DNA of 64,000 nucleotides from Candidatus Poribacteria bacterium (lineage in GTDB: Bacteria > Poribacteria > WGA-4E > WGA-3G). The notes under the pieces were generated by a model that worked only from the letters and a program-made list of their open reading frames with translations, was not told where the DNA came from and searched no databases. A program made the position numbers and the translations under genes. Below are positions 51,106 to 60,654 of the stretch, in pieces (position 1 is the stretch's first letter; every line of letters starts with the position of its first letter). Location: positions 384,001 to 448,000 of the forward strand of contig CAXXUA010000004.1 of assembly GCA_963663765.2 (NCBI GenBank), read 5' to 3'.

Positions 51106-51978
51106 ATGGCAGATAAAATAGGGAAATCTAATAATTCATATATTTCTGATACCGAAAAACGCCTACGATATGCACCGACTTTAGAAACGGATATATACTA
51201 TCCAGAATCGGATGGGAAACCTATGGCAGAGACAGACCTACATCGAGATGCAATGATAAAAACGATTCAAATACTTTCTGAGTATTACAAAGAATACTGG
51301 GATGTGTATATATCTGGTAATCTCATGATGTATTATATCAAAGGTAATCCTCGGAAATCTATTTCACCTGATGTATTTGTCGCTTTTGGAGTCGGTAAAA
51401 AACAAAGAAGAACATACCAAATTTGGAATGAAGGTAAACCGCCAGACTTTGTGTTAGAGTTTTCAAGTGAAAATACTTATAGAAATGATCTCAATATAAA
51501 AAAGGATTTATATGCGTCAATAGGAATTACTGAGTATTTCCTTCACGACCCTGAAAGACGCCATTTACCATCACCTCTGATGGGATTTCGTCTTGTAGAT
51601 GGTGAGTATGTAGACATTCCTCTTGATGCAGATGGTCACCTGTTTTCAGATACATTAGGTTTGTCATTGCGTTTGCGAGGAGAGGGTCTGGGTTTTTACG
51701 ATAATACAACGGACAAATGGTTGGAAACACCCGCTGAAGCAGCAGCAATCCGAGCTGATGAGGAAAAAACACGAGCAGAGCAAGAAGCTGCACGAGCAGA
51801 GCAAGAAACTGCACGAGCAGAGCAAGAAACTGCACGAGCAGAACAAGAAACTGCTGCAAGACAGACAGCTGAATCTTTAGCACAACAAGAAGCAGATGCA
51901 AGAAAGCAAGCAGAAACAGAAAACGCACGGCTACAAAAGGAAATTGAGCGGTTGAAGGCACTAACCACATCCATCTAA
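51106..51978 (+). CDS. Uma2 family endonuclease, copy 5
   Basis: Near-identical; tail +6 heptads relative to copy 1; distinct last residues. Confidence 0.92.
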   Translation: MADKIGKSNNSYISDTEKRLRYAPTLETDIYYPESDGKPMAETDLHRDAMIKTIQILSEYYKEYWDVYISGNLMMYYIKGNPRKSISPDVFVAFGVGKKQRRTYQIWNEGKPPDFVLEFSSENTYRNDLNIKKDLYASIGITEYFLHDPERRHLPSPLMGFRLVDGEYVDIPLDADGHLFSDTLGLSLRLRGEGLGFYDNTTDKWLETPAEAAAIRADEEKTRAEQEAARAEQETARAEQETARAEQETAARQTAESLAQQEADARKQAETENARLQKEIERLKALTTSI

Positions 51979-52033
51979 CCTTGACTTCAGGGTAATGATT
52001 AATTTTATATATCCGGAAATGTTTGTAGAACGA

Positions 52034-52738
52034 CTAAAAAGTCTTTATCAGTTCCGGCAATTCAGAGAGACTCCGAATCGTTTCATGCCATCTGCCGACT
52101 TGCGAACCTTCACGATCAATTAGAATTGGACGAATACCGACGTTCTTTGCTCCGATAATATCCGCTTCGTAAGTATCCCCAACATGCACAGTTTTCTCTG
52201 CTGAAACACCAACTGCCTTAAGTGTATATTTAAAGATGTGTGGATCTGGTTTTGCTGACCTAACACGTTCGTCGTGTGATGAGGTTATCGTATCAAAATA
52301 CGTGTCAATCCCCAACCGTTCTGCAAGGGGGTCTAATGGGGTATCCCAATTTGAAACAATTGCTAACTTGTACCCATCATCCCGTAAACGTTGAAGTGTC
52401 GGCACAACGTCGTCGTAGAGTTTAGCAACATTTGCAGCAAAAAGTGAGTGTCCTGCTTGCAACAATTCCCATGCCATTTGATCCGCAAGTTCCTTAACAC
52501 CAAGATTTTTCATCAAATTGCTGTAACTTTCAACAATTCTATCCATCGTTGATAACAGTGAATGATTGGCAGGATCAGTGTCAGACGCTTCTGCAAACAG
52601 ATTCAGGACAACCTCACCATAGAGATCCCAATCAATTTCAAAGTTGTATCTATCGGCTATCTTCTGAAGACTCTCCTCAAGCGGCAGTCCCCAAACACAT
52701 AGCGTATAATAAAAATCAAAGAATATGGCTTTTATCAT
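52034..52738 (-). CDS. HAD-family hydrolase
   Basis: [36 protein letters not shown]. Confidence 0.9.
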   Translation of the reverse strand: MIKAIFFDFYYTLCVWGLPLEESLQKIADRYNFEIDWDLYGEVVLNLFAEASDTDPANHSLLSTMDRIVESYSNLMKNLGVKELADQMAWELLQAGHSLFAANVAKLYDDVVPTLQRLRDDGYKLAIVSNWDTPLDPLAERLGIDTYFDTITSSHDERVRSAKPDPHIFKYTLKAVGVSAEKTVHVGDTYEADIIGAKNVGIRPILIDREGSQVGRWHETIRSLSELPELIKTF

Positions 52739-53465
52739 GTTGTTTTGCCTTTCGTTTATAAGGGGTTGGGTCAGTGATACCAGCATCTTCAAAACCTTTC
52801 TTACGAAGTTGGCAGCTATCACAACTACCACATGCCCTACCCTCTGTGTCAGGATCATAACAGCTGAGTGTGAGGCTATAGTCTACACCGAGTGCTGTAC
52901 CGATACTGATAATTTCTGCTTTCGTTTTTTCAAGAAGTGGTGTTCTGATAGTAAGTTCTGTATCGGCTTCTACTGCAGCTTGCGTTGCAAGGTTTGCCAT
53001 CTTTTGATAGGCGAGGATATATTCAGGACGGCAATCGGGATAACCGCTGTAGTCAATAGCATTCACACCGATAAATATGGTATCTGCAGTAAGCACTTCA
53101 GCCCATGCAAGCGCGTAGGACAAGAAGATAGTATTCCGTGCGGGTACATAAGTTATCGGAATGTTCCCAGACATGTCAATTTCTGATCTCTCTTTAGGTA
53201 CATCAATATCCGCGGTCAATGCTGATGCACCAAAGATACGTAGATCAATATCAATGATGTTATGTTGTTTTGCACCAAGTGCCTTTGCTATGTTTTCTGC
53301 GCTTATGAGTTCTATTCTGTTTCGTTGCCCGTACCGAAAACTCATGACATAGGTATCATAACCCTCTGAACGTGCGATTGCTAAGGTTGTTGATGAATCC
53401 AATCCGCCGCTGAGTAGGACAACAGCTTTTTTTGATTTATTGTAATGAGTTGTTTTTGTAGTCAA
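52716..53465 (-). CDS. queC: 7-cyano-7-deazaguanine synthase
   Basis: [38 protein letters not shown]. Confidence 0.97.
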   Translation of the reverse strand: MTTKTTHYNKSKKAVVLLSGGLDSSTTLAIARSEGYDTYVMSFRYGQRNRIELISAENIAKALGAKQHNIIDIDLRIFGASALTADIDVPKERSEIDMSGNIPITYVPARNTIFLSYALAWAEVLTADTIFIGVNAIDYSGYPDCRPEYILAYQKMANLATQAAVEADTELTIRTPLLEKTKAEIISIGTALGVDYSLTLSCYDPDTEGRACGSCDSCQLRKKGFEDAGITDPTPYKRKAKQHDKSHIL

Positions 53466-53481
53466 TTTCTTGTAGTAGAAT

Positions 53482-53503
53482 AGGGGCAGTTGTTGCTGCC
53501 CCT
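53482..53503 (-). terminator. GC-rich hairpin
   Basis: aggggcag-ttgttg-ctgcccct, 13 nt downstream of the 53517 stop. Confidence 0.45.
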
Positions 53504-53516
53504 GAAAATGTAAAGG

Positions 53517-54044
53517 TTATTCCTTTTCAAATTCAAGTTTTGCGAATCTGAGAAAGATACCGCCTCCCGGTTTTCCAAAAGGTCCGTTGACTGCTAAGCA
53601 TGCGATGACATGTTTTGCACCAGGTTCAGCACTTTCGGATACGATAACGCGTTGCGGCGCGTTGAAACCAGAAGCAGCACCACGTCCTGACTTACCAAAT
53701 GCCAAGTCAATATTACCATCTACCCAAACTTCACCGTAATCGTCAATGCATGTGTGAAACCACACTTTTGAACCTGCGACAGATTTTCCATCTACTTCTT
53801 CGGGAAGCGTAACGGTGATGCGATACCAACCAAAACATAATCCCGACAGAACGATTGCTTGTATGTTTTCACACACATCCCATTCTGAATCGTCGTAATC
53901 TGCGAGACGTGCTCGTGTTTCCGGTAATCGATCAACCAAACCGCCATTCGGTTCACCAGGGACAAGACCATCCGCATAACGCCATTGTGCGTCCGTGAGT
54001 TCAAGGTGTTCAGCATTTTCTAAATCAAGTTCAGCTATAATCAT
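53517..54044 (-). CDS. hypothetical protein, galactose-binding-like (GH2 N-terminal-type) fold
   Basis: ADYDDSEW, GWYRITVTLP, IDDYGEVWVDG. Confidence 0.65.
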   Translation of the reverse strand: MIIAELDLENAEHLELTDAQWRYADGLVPGEPNGGLVDRLPETRARLADYDDSEWDVCENIQAIVLSGLCFGWYRITVTLPEEVDGKSVAGSKVWFHTCIDDYGEVWVDGNIDLAFGKSGRGAASGFNAPQRVIVSESAEPGAKHVIACLAVNGPFGKPGGGIFLRFAKLEFEKE

Positions 54045-55237
54045 AAATGTTCCTCTCTAAGTTTAGTATTTGTATGCCAAAGTTTGTAGGCAATACATGT
54101 TGAACATATCAGGAAAAATCCTGCGACAATAAACGGTAGATGTGTTGAAATGTTAATTAAGAATCCGCTTGCGACAAACCCAAGAAAGAACCCGGTACTC
54201 CATGCTAAGTGTGTTATACCGACACCGTGTCCTTTCTCATGGGGATCGGTAAATTCATTGATAAATCTTGGGATCGTGATTGAGAGTGCCCATGCAGCTC
54301 CCGCGCCAAGTACCCCAAATAATTGGAGAAAAATTACAGAATTGTGATAGAAAACTAATCCAAAAGCCAGAAATGTCACAACTATATTGGTAACTAAAGC
54401 AGTGATACGGTGACCGACGACATCACATATTCTTCCTGATATAAATTGGCATGTAAAAGCAAATAGCAAACTCATTGCCCCGTAATAACCCGTTGCTTTG
54501 TCTCCTGCCATGCGATAAATCAGGAGTGGTAGTAAGAAGTTTACTGAACCCCAATAATATGTTGGAAAAACACGTAAACCTATTAACTTTTGAATGTCAG
54601 TTCTGCGGCACAAGTCTAAGTATTTTCCTATGTCTATGGTGGACTTCCATATACTTTTCCGTTCATTTTGTTTGTTATTTTCTTGCTGACTAACACGCGG
54701 TAGAAATGTCCAAGCAAGTGCAAAGAGTATAATTGTAAAAAAGACCGCGTTTGTACCGAAAACTGTGTAATTTATCCGGGAGATAGTCTCACCAGCAATG
54801 ACATCGCCAATTGCGTTTCCAACTGTGCTACTAATAAAGTATAGTGCTGTTGCTCTACCCAAATAATTTGGTGGCACTGCACTGATAAGATATGATTGTC
54901 CTCCTGCCGTCTTAAATCCTGAAGCGATCCCTTCATAGCATAGGATACCCCATATAAATAAAGGCAATTGTGTGGTAAATAAACTACCGATAACAACAGC
55001 ACCGGTCATGCCGATAAGCAGTGTTGGTTTTCGTCCGAATCGGTCACTAAAAGTGCCACCTATAAGTGCAGTTAGACCTCCAAGAACGATAGGTAATGCA
55101 CGCAATAGAGAAGTATATAGTGGGTTTTTACCTAAAACTGATTCAACGTAAACTGGCAAAAACAGATGAACTGGTCCTGTAATCAGACCGACTACGAACA
55201 CAACGAGACAGAGAGCGATAAATCCGCGTGTCCACAT
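54041..55237 (-). CDS. MFS transporter
   Basis: GTFSDRFGRK, GRICDVVGHR, about 12 TM segments. Confidence 0.9.
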   Translation of the reverse strand: MWTRGFIALCLVVFVVGLITGPVHLFLPVYVESVLGKNPLYTSLLRALPIVLGGLTALIGGTFSDRFGRKPTLLIGMTGAVVIGSLFTTQLPLFIWGILCYEGIASGFKTAGGQSYLISAVPPNYLGRATALYFISSTVGNAIGDVIAGETISRINYTVFGTNAVFFTIILFALAWTFLPRVSQQENNKQNERKSIWKSTIDIGKYLDLCRRTDIQKLIGLRVFPTYYWGSVNFLLPLLIYRMAGDKATGYYGAMSLLFAFTCQFISGRICDVVGHRITALVTNIVVTFLAFGLVFYHNSVIFLQLFGVLGAGAAWALSITIPRFINEFTDPHEKGHGVGITHLAWSTGFFLGFVASGFLINISTHLPFIVAGFFLICSTCIAYKLWHTNTKLREEHL

Positions 55238-55302
55238 CAGAATGTACCAGAAAATGTGGTCGAAATGATAATACGTCTATCCTGCCTTTAATGTAGTGTG
55301 AT

Positions 55303-56931
55303 TTATCCTGTTATTCGCATCAAACTATCTGTAATATTAGGAGCAGCAGTTCCAAGTCCACAAGCACTTGTCTGTTTCATGACTGTGCCTATTTCTAACA
55401 TCAACCTTTTTGACTTTGCATGCATAGGACCGGATAACAGTTCAGTAAGGCGATGAGTGCCGATTCGGCAGGGAAAGCATTTACCACAAGATTCTTCTGC
55501 GAAGAACTCCATTGCATTATGTGCTACTTCATACATATCCCGCGTATCATCAAATACCATGATGCCACCTGCCCCGAGCATAGCACCAACCTTTTGAAAA
55601 CTTGGTTCATCAATTGTAATATCCAGTTCCTTTTCTCCTATAAACCCACCCGATAGACCTGCTGATGAAATCGCTTGAATTGCACGACCTTCGTGTGGAC
55701 CACCTGCCCATTCATATAGAAGCGTTTGCAATGGAAGACCAAACGGCACTTCGTAATTCCCAGGTCTTTGTATATCTCCAGATAAACTTATGATCTTTGT
55801 TCCAGCGATGTTTTTATCATAACTAAGATTTTTATACCACTTTGCACCGTGTCGTAATATTTGTGCTGTAGCTGCCAAAGTTTCTACGTTATTAACGACG
55901 GTGGGTAAGTTTTCAAAACCATGTGTTACAGGATATGGAGGACGGTTTCTTGGGAAAGGGTGTTTTCCTTCCAAACTGTTCAACAACGAACCTTCCTCAC
56001 CACAAACATACGCACCTGCTCCGCGTCGAATATAGATGTGAAAATCAAATTGTTCTCCAAGGATAGTATCACCTACCAAACTTTTTGCTTCAGCATCGGA
56101 TATGGCTCGTTCAAGCGTTTTTAGGGTTTCTGGATATTCATATCTGAGATATATAAATCCCCATGTTGCACCTGTTGCGTAAGCTGCAAGTGTCATTCCT
56201 TCAATAATTGCGTGAGGATCATAGTCAAGAATCACTCTATCCTTAAAGCAACCGGGTTCACCTTCATCTGCGTTGCAGACGATCGTTTTAGGTTGTCCGG
56301 GTGCATTGAGTACAGATTCCCATTTCGTACCTGTTGGAAATCCTGCACCACCTCTGCCTGCAAGTTGGCTCTCTTTTAGTGTATCAATCACTTCCTGTGG
56401 AGTTAGATTTGATATTGCATGTTTCAATCCTTCATATCCCCCAGTCTGTTGATACCCTTCAACCGTATTACGTATCGGATTCCTGATATCTGCAAAGATA
56501 CATTCCTCTTTGTCCCCAGGATAAAGTGGTGGTAATGGTGTTGGATTGACAGAGAGTGAGTCTACACCTTTACCTATGAGAACCTGATGTTCTTTGAGAA
56601 CTGGGATACAATCATCACATCTCCCAGCACAAGGCATCGCAATTGCTCCTTCAGATTTTAGTGCATCCAGTATTTCTAAACCTCCTTGTAACCGACAGAT
56701 AGGACCTGTGCAGACGCGCGGTGCTTTTTGTCCTGGTTCTTCACGTGCAAAATGATGATAGAAAGTTACGGTACCAAAGAGTTCTGCAAGCGGAATGCGA
56801 AGACCTACTGCAATGTCGCGCAGGGCATCTTCAGAGATATATCCATCTCTATCATGGAATGCGTGGAGTAGACTGAGTAGTGGTGCAGGTTCGTCGCACC
56901 ATTGTGCAATCAGTTCTTCATTAGTTTGCAT
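55303..56931 (-). CDS. fused NuoE-NuoF-like diaphorase (NADH-binding FMN/Fe-S subunit)
   Basis: TFYHHF..CTGPIC..CAGRC (2Fe-2S); GRGGAGFPTG, NADEGEPG, GAGAYVCGEE, SCGKCFPCRIG..CGLG. Confidence 0.88.
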   Translation of the reverse strand: MQTNEELIAQWCDEPAPLLSLLHAFHDRDGYISEDALRDIAVGLRIPLAELFGTVTFYHHFAREEPGQKAPRVCTGPICRLQGGLEILDALKSEGAIAMPCAGRCDDCIPVLKEHQVLIGKGVDSLSVNPTPLPPLYPGDKEECIFADIRNPIRNTVEGYQQTGGYEGLKHAISNLTPQEVIDTLKESQLAGRGGAGFPTGTKWESVLNAPGQPKTIVCNADEGEPGCFKDRVILDYDPHAIIEGMTLAAYATGATWGFIYLRYEYPETLKTLERAISDAEAKSLVGDTILGEQFDFHIYIRRGAGAYVCGEEGSLLNSLEGKHPFPRNRPPYPVTHGFENLPTVVNNVETLAATAQILRHGAKWYKNLSYDKNIAGTKIISLSGDIQRPGNYEVPFGLPLQTLLYEWAGGPHEGRAIQAISSAGLSGGFIGEKELDITIDEPSFQKVGAMLGAGGIMVFDDTRDMYEVAHNAMEFFAEESCGKCFPCRIGTHRLTELLSGPMHAKSKRLMLEIGTVMKQTSACGLGTAAPNITDSLMRITG

Positions 56932-57058
56932 CTATCTCTCCACAGTCGTTTGTGTTATTCCATTCAAAGACTATCATGTTAACAAAAACCTGCAAATTAG
57001 AATATCAAATTATCTTCTTAAGGTCAACGTTTTTTGAATTGAGTGTTAAGAGTTTTTT

Positions 57059-57200
57059 TCTGAACCAGGATTTACAGGATTATCAGATTTTCAGGACTAT
57101 CCTATCAAGGACTTTGATGCGCGTTGATCTTTTCTTTTTGACATGGATTTGATGAGGTAGATCTTGGAAATCTGGAAATCCTGTGAATCCTGGTTCAGAC
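57059..57200. repeat. inverted repeat built from ~9-nt units
   Basis: tctgaaccaggatttacaggatt.. / ..aatcctgtgaatcctggttcaga. Confidence 0.7.
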
Positions 57201-57911
57201 AGTCTCGCGTATTTTACGGATGACGCGGAGAAGATACCCGCAACAGAACGCCAACCTTAGAAAACGCGTATCCTAACCTAAAATATATTAGCAAGATGTT
57301 TTATCCGCGTCGCTTGCGCTATCCGTGTCATCCACTATTCTGAAATCGGGGTTGAAAACCCCTCTCACAAGAAGAATGACTCCTACCCGTTGATAGGTTA
57401 TACCATTTCTAAATGACAAATTATCATAATAAACTTTACTATAGTTTCCTTGTTTTCGTCCAAACATGTCGGGATCCAGTTGATCAATGAGAGGTTATCA
57501 ATCCCAGTCCCTATCTGATTTCAAAAGGGATCGAAAGGTCTCAAATCACGATACCCTACCTTTGAAACCCACATCATGACTGGGTACCAACATTTTCAAG
57601 GCATCTTTGTTATCGGAAAAAGCGATAAAATCGTAGTTTTTGTTTCCTTTTTCTTTGAAAGGTTCGTTCAAGTTCTGTGCTACCTTTTGAGGTATTATTT
57701 TCTCAATGCGGGTATGGGTTTGTGTGTGCTCATAGTTGGTATGGTTTTCCACATTCATTGGACAAAAACAAGGTAGTTTGTACATATTCCGTTTGTTGCA
57801 AGTTGGTTTTCAAAGGTGTTTCTATTTTTCTACAAGTTTCGTATATTCACGACTTGTGCCAGTTAACCCATTGTTTTCAAAGTTTTTACATATATTAGGT
57901 TTATAATGCAC

Positions 57912-58038
57912 ACATATCGTCCCTACGGGACTAAAGAGGATGTACTATGACATTTTCTATAAACATATCGTCCCTACGGGACTAAAGAGGATGTACTATG
58001 ACATTTTCTATAAACATATCGTCCCTACGGGACTGAAG
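57912..58038. repeat. 51-bp tandem repeat x2.5 with gtccctacgggac palindrome
   Basis: acatatcgtccctacgggact at 57912, 57963, 58014; same palindrome at 59400-59560. Confidence 0.9.
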
Positions 58039-58147
58039 ATCGTTTCAAACTATGAAGACACCTGCGAAACGTCATACTTATGTGAAACAATGATTAACAT
58101 ATAGTTATTTAGCACAACTCGTTATATTCGTGAAACTGAAGAAAAGG

Positions 58148-58300
58148 CTGCACTCCAGCGGAGTGCTATGTTTATAGAAAACGGAATATCCACATTCTTG
58201 CACTCCAGCGGCGTACTATGAGCGGCTCCCACATACCGCTCCGCTGGAGCGGAGTTGTCAGTTGACAATGTGACTATAAACATATTGCTCCGCTGGAGCA
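58148..58300. repeat. cluster of four gc(a/g)ctcc(a/g)(g/c)cggag palindromes
   Basis: gcactccagcggagtgc, cactccagcggcgta, cgctccgctggagcg, tgctccgctggagca. Confidence 0.75.
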
Positions 58301-58694
58301 AAGAGGGTTTGCGTTTAGTTCGTTGTGTCTTGATTTGGTAACATAAGCGGTGAACCAATTTCTTATCAACACATGTTTGGAAAAAAATTGTCCAAACTAT
58401 ATTATAGCTTATAGGAATCAGGTATTTTGTTTGCACAAGAAGTGGAGATATGTTAGACTGAATCCACCTCCTTGAATCCTTGTTGCAAATCAATTAGCAG
58501 GAAAAATCAACACCAGACGTCGGTTATATAAACAACAGTACTTGATAAATGGAGCAAAATTTGATAAAGGATGCAACGTCACACGTATCATCTTGTAGAT
58601 TCACGAGCAGTTTAGATGCCGCTTACATTCAGACAGTCGTTTATAGAAAACAATCTATCTTTTTAATTCTTCAGAACATAAAATAAGAATTTGT

Positions 58695-59228
58695 ATGCGC
58701 AAAAATCCGTCTCCGAAACACAAGGATTGGTTCTTCATAATCATGGTGATAGAATGGTGTTTTTTCACTGCTATATCGCTCATTTTTAGTGATTTAGTTA
58801 TAAAAGTGGTGTTTTATTCATTTCTTTTTTTACAGATTGTAATAAATTGGATAAAAAAGAAATGTCATGCTTTTTTTAGGGGGACGATACACGGAAAAGT
58901 CGTTATGAAAAATAGCGATACAACAATTACCCCACTCCGTAATATTGAAGTATATTTTAGTTACCCTACAGCAGAACCACGTAAACCCGTATTTACCGAT
59001 GCCACAGGAAAATTTCGTTTTGAATGTGAGATACCTATAGGAAAAAGTATAACTGTGTCAGTTAAAATAAGAAAAACAGGAAAAAGTCGTTTCATACATC
59101 AAGATATTGGTGAGATTGAAGCTGTAAAATGGTTACTGGGTAAACGTTGGATTGGAATACCGATTTCTTCAGGTGATCTAAAACACGTTGATTTTGTTGT
59201 GACTGACTTTGAAAGAACATTCGTGTAG
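58695..59228 (+). CDS. hypothetical membrane protein with carboxypeptidase-regulatory-like beta-sandwich
   Basis: Two TM helices then GTIHGKV..PL.NIEV..FTDATGKFRF. Confidence 0.55.
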   Translation: MRKNPSPKHKDWFFIIMVIEWCFFTAISLIFSDLVIKVVFYSFLFLQIVINWIKKKCHAFFRGTIHGKVVMKNSDTTITPLRNIEVYFSYPTAEPRKPVFTDATGKFRFECEIPIGKSITVSVKIRKTGKSRFIHQDIGEIEAVKWLLGKRWIGIPISSGDLKHVDFVVTDFERTFV

Positions 59229-59283
59229 AAGGTGCGTTAAGTCGGTAATTTTGCAGTGAAGTCCGGCACGTTTACAAAACGCG

Positions 59284-60035
59284 CCTAATGAACTTTGACA
59301 ATCAAAAGAGGTAATTTATTTGGGAAATTTTACCGGAATTGAACGTCAAATATCATTAGGTGTAAAGTTAAGGAATATTCAGATGCATAAACCCTCTTTA
59401 GTCCCGTAGGGACGGAATGTTTATAGCACAACGTTGGCACCACCCTCTTTAGTTCCATAGGGACGGTATGTTTATAAATTGCGGTAAGAACAAACATACC
59501 GTCCCTACGGGACTAAAGAACTTTTCTTTGACGTTTTTCTATAAACATATCGTCCATAATGAAGATTAATAAATAAATGAGGTAATTCTATCAAACCCAC
59601 ACTGGTAGGCGGGGAATGCCTAAATGGCATTCATACCGTTGATTTGGTGCTTTGTATGCGCGCTTGCACATCAAGTCCCAACAGTGCGGTTAGGAAACCG
59701 CACCTACCGGGTTTGGGAAAACTAATACTACCCGTTTAATAACTTAATCTTCATAAGGGACTGAAGAGAGTTCCCACACTTAAAAATTACTTATAGTGAA
59801 ATATACAATTAAGTTTACACTTTTTCTGTAGGCGGGGAATGCCAATAGGCATTCATACCGTTGATTTCGATCTCCGAATCGCGACCGAACGCCTTGATAG
59901 TCGGGAATCGGAGTTCCCTCCTACACCTGAAAGTGTAAAAATAATTCTAAAATCCACTATAAGTTGACACGTATGGGTTGGGAGACCCGACCCATACGTT
60001 TGCATTACCGAATTTGAATGTCAAAGTTCATCAGG
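59284..60035. mobile_element. nest of MITEs and REP-like palindromes
   Basis: Outer CCTAATGAACTTTGACA / TGTCAAAGTTCATCAGG; inner ATGAAGATTAA/TTAATCTTCAT (59559-59754); TTATAGTG..CACTATAA (59791-59962); TAAGTTGACACGTATG end (59960-59975). Confidence 0.7.
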
Positions 60036-60246
60036 GTTTGTGGAAAATTAGAATTGCCGAATTAATAAATTAATCTTCATTTATGTTGTGCAGAAACGGA
60101 GCACAACATAATAGGTTGTGCTGCAACACATGCAGTCCGTTTGGTTTGCTTAACGCACATAGCTCAAAGTCTTCAGGCAATTCTAAAATCTACTATAATA
60201 TTCTTCAGTTTTGTCATGCTTTTTAGCATTTGAGAGGATAGACCAA

Positions 60247-60654
60247 ATGAAATACGTACACAACATAGAAGATGCGGAAGTTGTTCGGATAGAAGGTGAC
60301 GCCCCGCGAACACTGTATACACTGATTGAACCGAATACGAGAAATACGAAACACTTTGCGATGGGATTGGAAGAAATTGACCAAAACAGTGAAATACCAT
60401 TGCACTCACATAGTGAAGCAGAAGAGATAATATTTGTCATTAGCGGTGAAGGGATAGTCTACATAGATGATGAAAAAGCAAACTTGAAAACGGGTACAGT
60501 TATCTTTATCCCTCCGAATGTTGAGCATCGGTTTGTCAATACGGGTGATGAACCACTCTGGATAACATGGACACTTTCACCACCGGGTTTTGAAAAACAG
60601 ATTAGGAAAATTGCAGATGGTTCAGCAGGAATGGAGGTGTATAGTGAGAAATGA
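60247..60654 (+). CDS. cupin-domain protein
   Basis: PLHSHSEAEEIIFVISGEG, GTVIFIPPNVEHRFVNTG. Confidence 0.9.
   Translation: MKYVHNIEDAEVVRIEGDAPRTLYTLIEPNTRNTKHFAMGLEEIDQNSEIPLHSHSEAEEIIFVISGEGIVYIDDEKANLKTGTVIFIPPNVEHRFVNTGDEPLWITWTLSPPGFEKQIRKIADGSAGMEVYSEK

Larger units (their letters stand above)
47733..51916 (+). repeat. tandem gene amplification, periods 812/854/875/896 bp
   Basis: Anchor atgcaccgactttag at 47733 and 48545; starts 48481, 49335, 50210, 51106; four 80-bp spacers nearly identical. Confidence 0.95.

Noticed and set aside
47666-51978. Diversity-generating retroelement behind Uma2 variation
   Set aside because: Differences are not adenine-specific, whole genes are duplicated, and no reverse transcriptase is in the window.
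52716-53465. queC as part of a Dpd/QatC-type defence or DNA-modification system
   Set aside because: It is a canonical-length QueC with all standard motifs and no dpd or qat neighbours.
57400-57900. Possible degraded gene on the minus strand
   Set aside because: Fragments look protein-like but no family could be recognised by eye; blastx is needed.
57912-58038. Possible CRISPR array
   Set aside because: The two intervening segments are identical, so it is a plain 51-bp tandem duplication.
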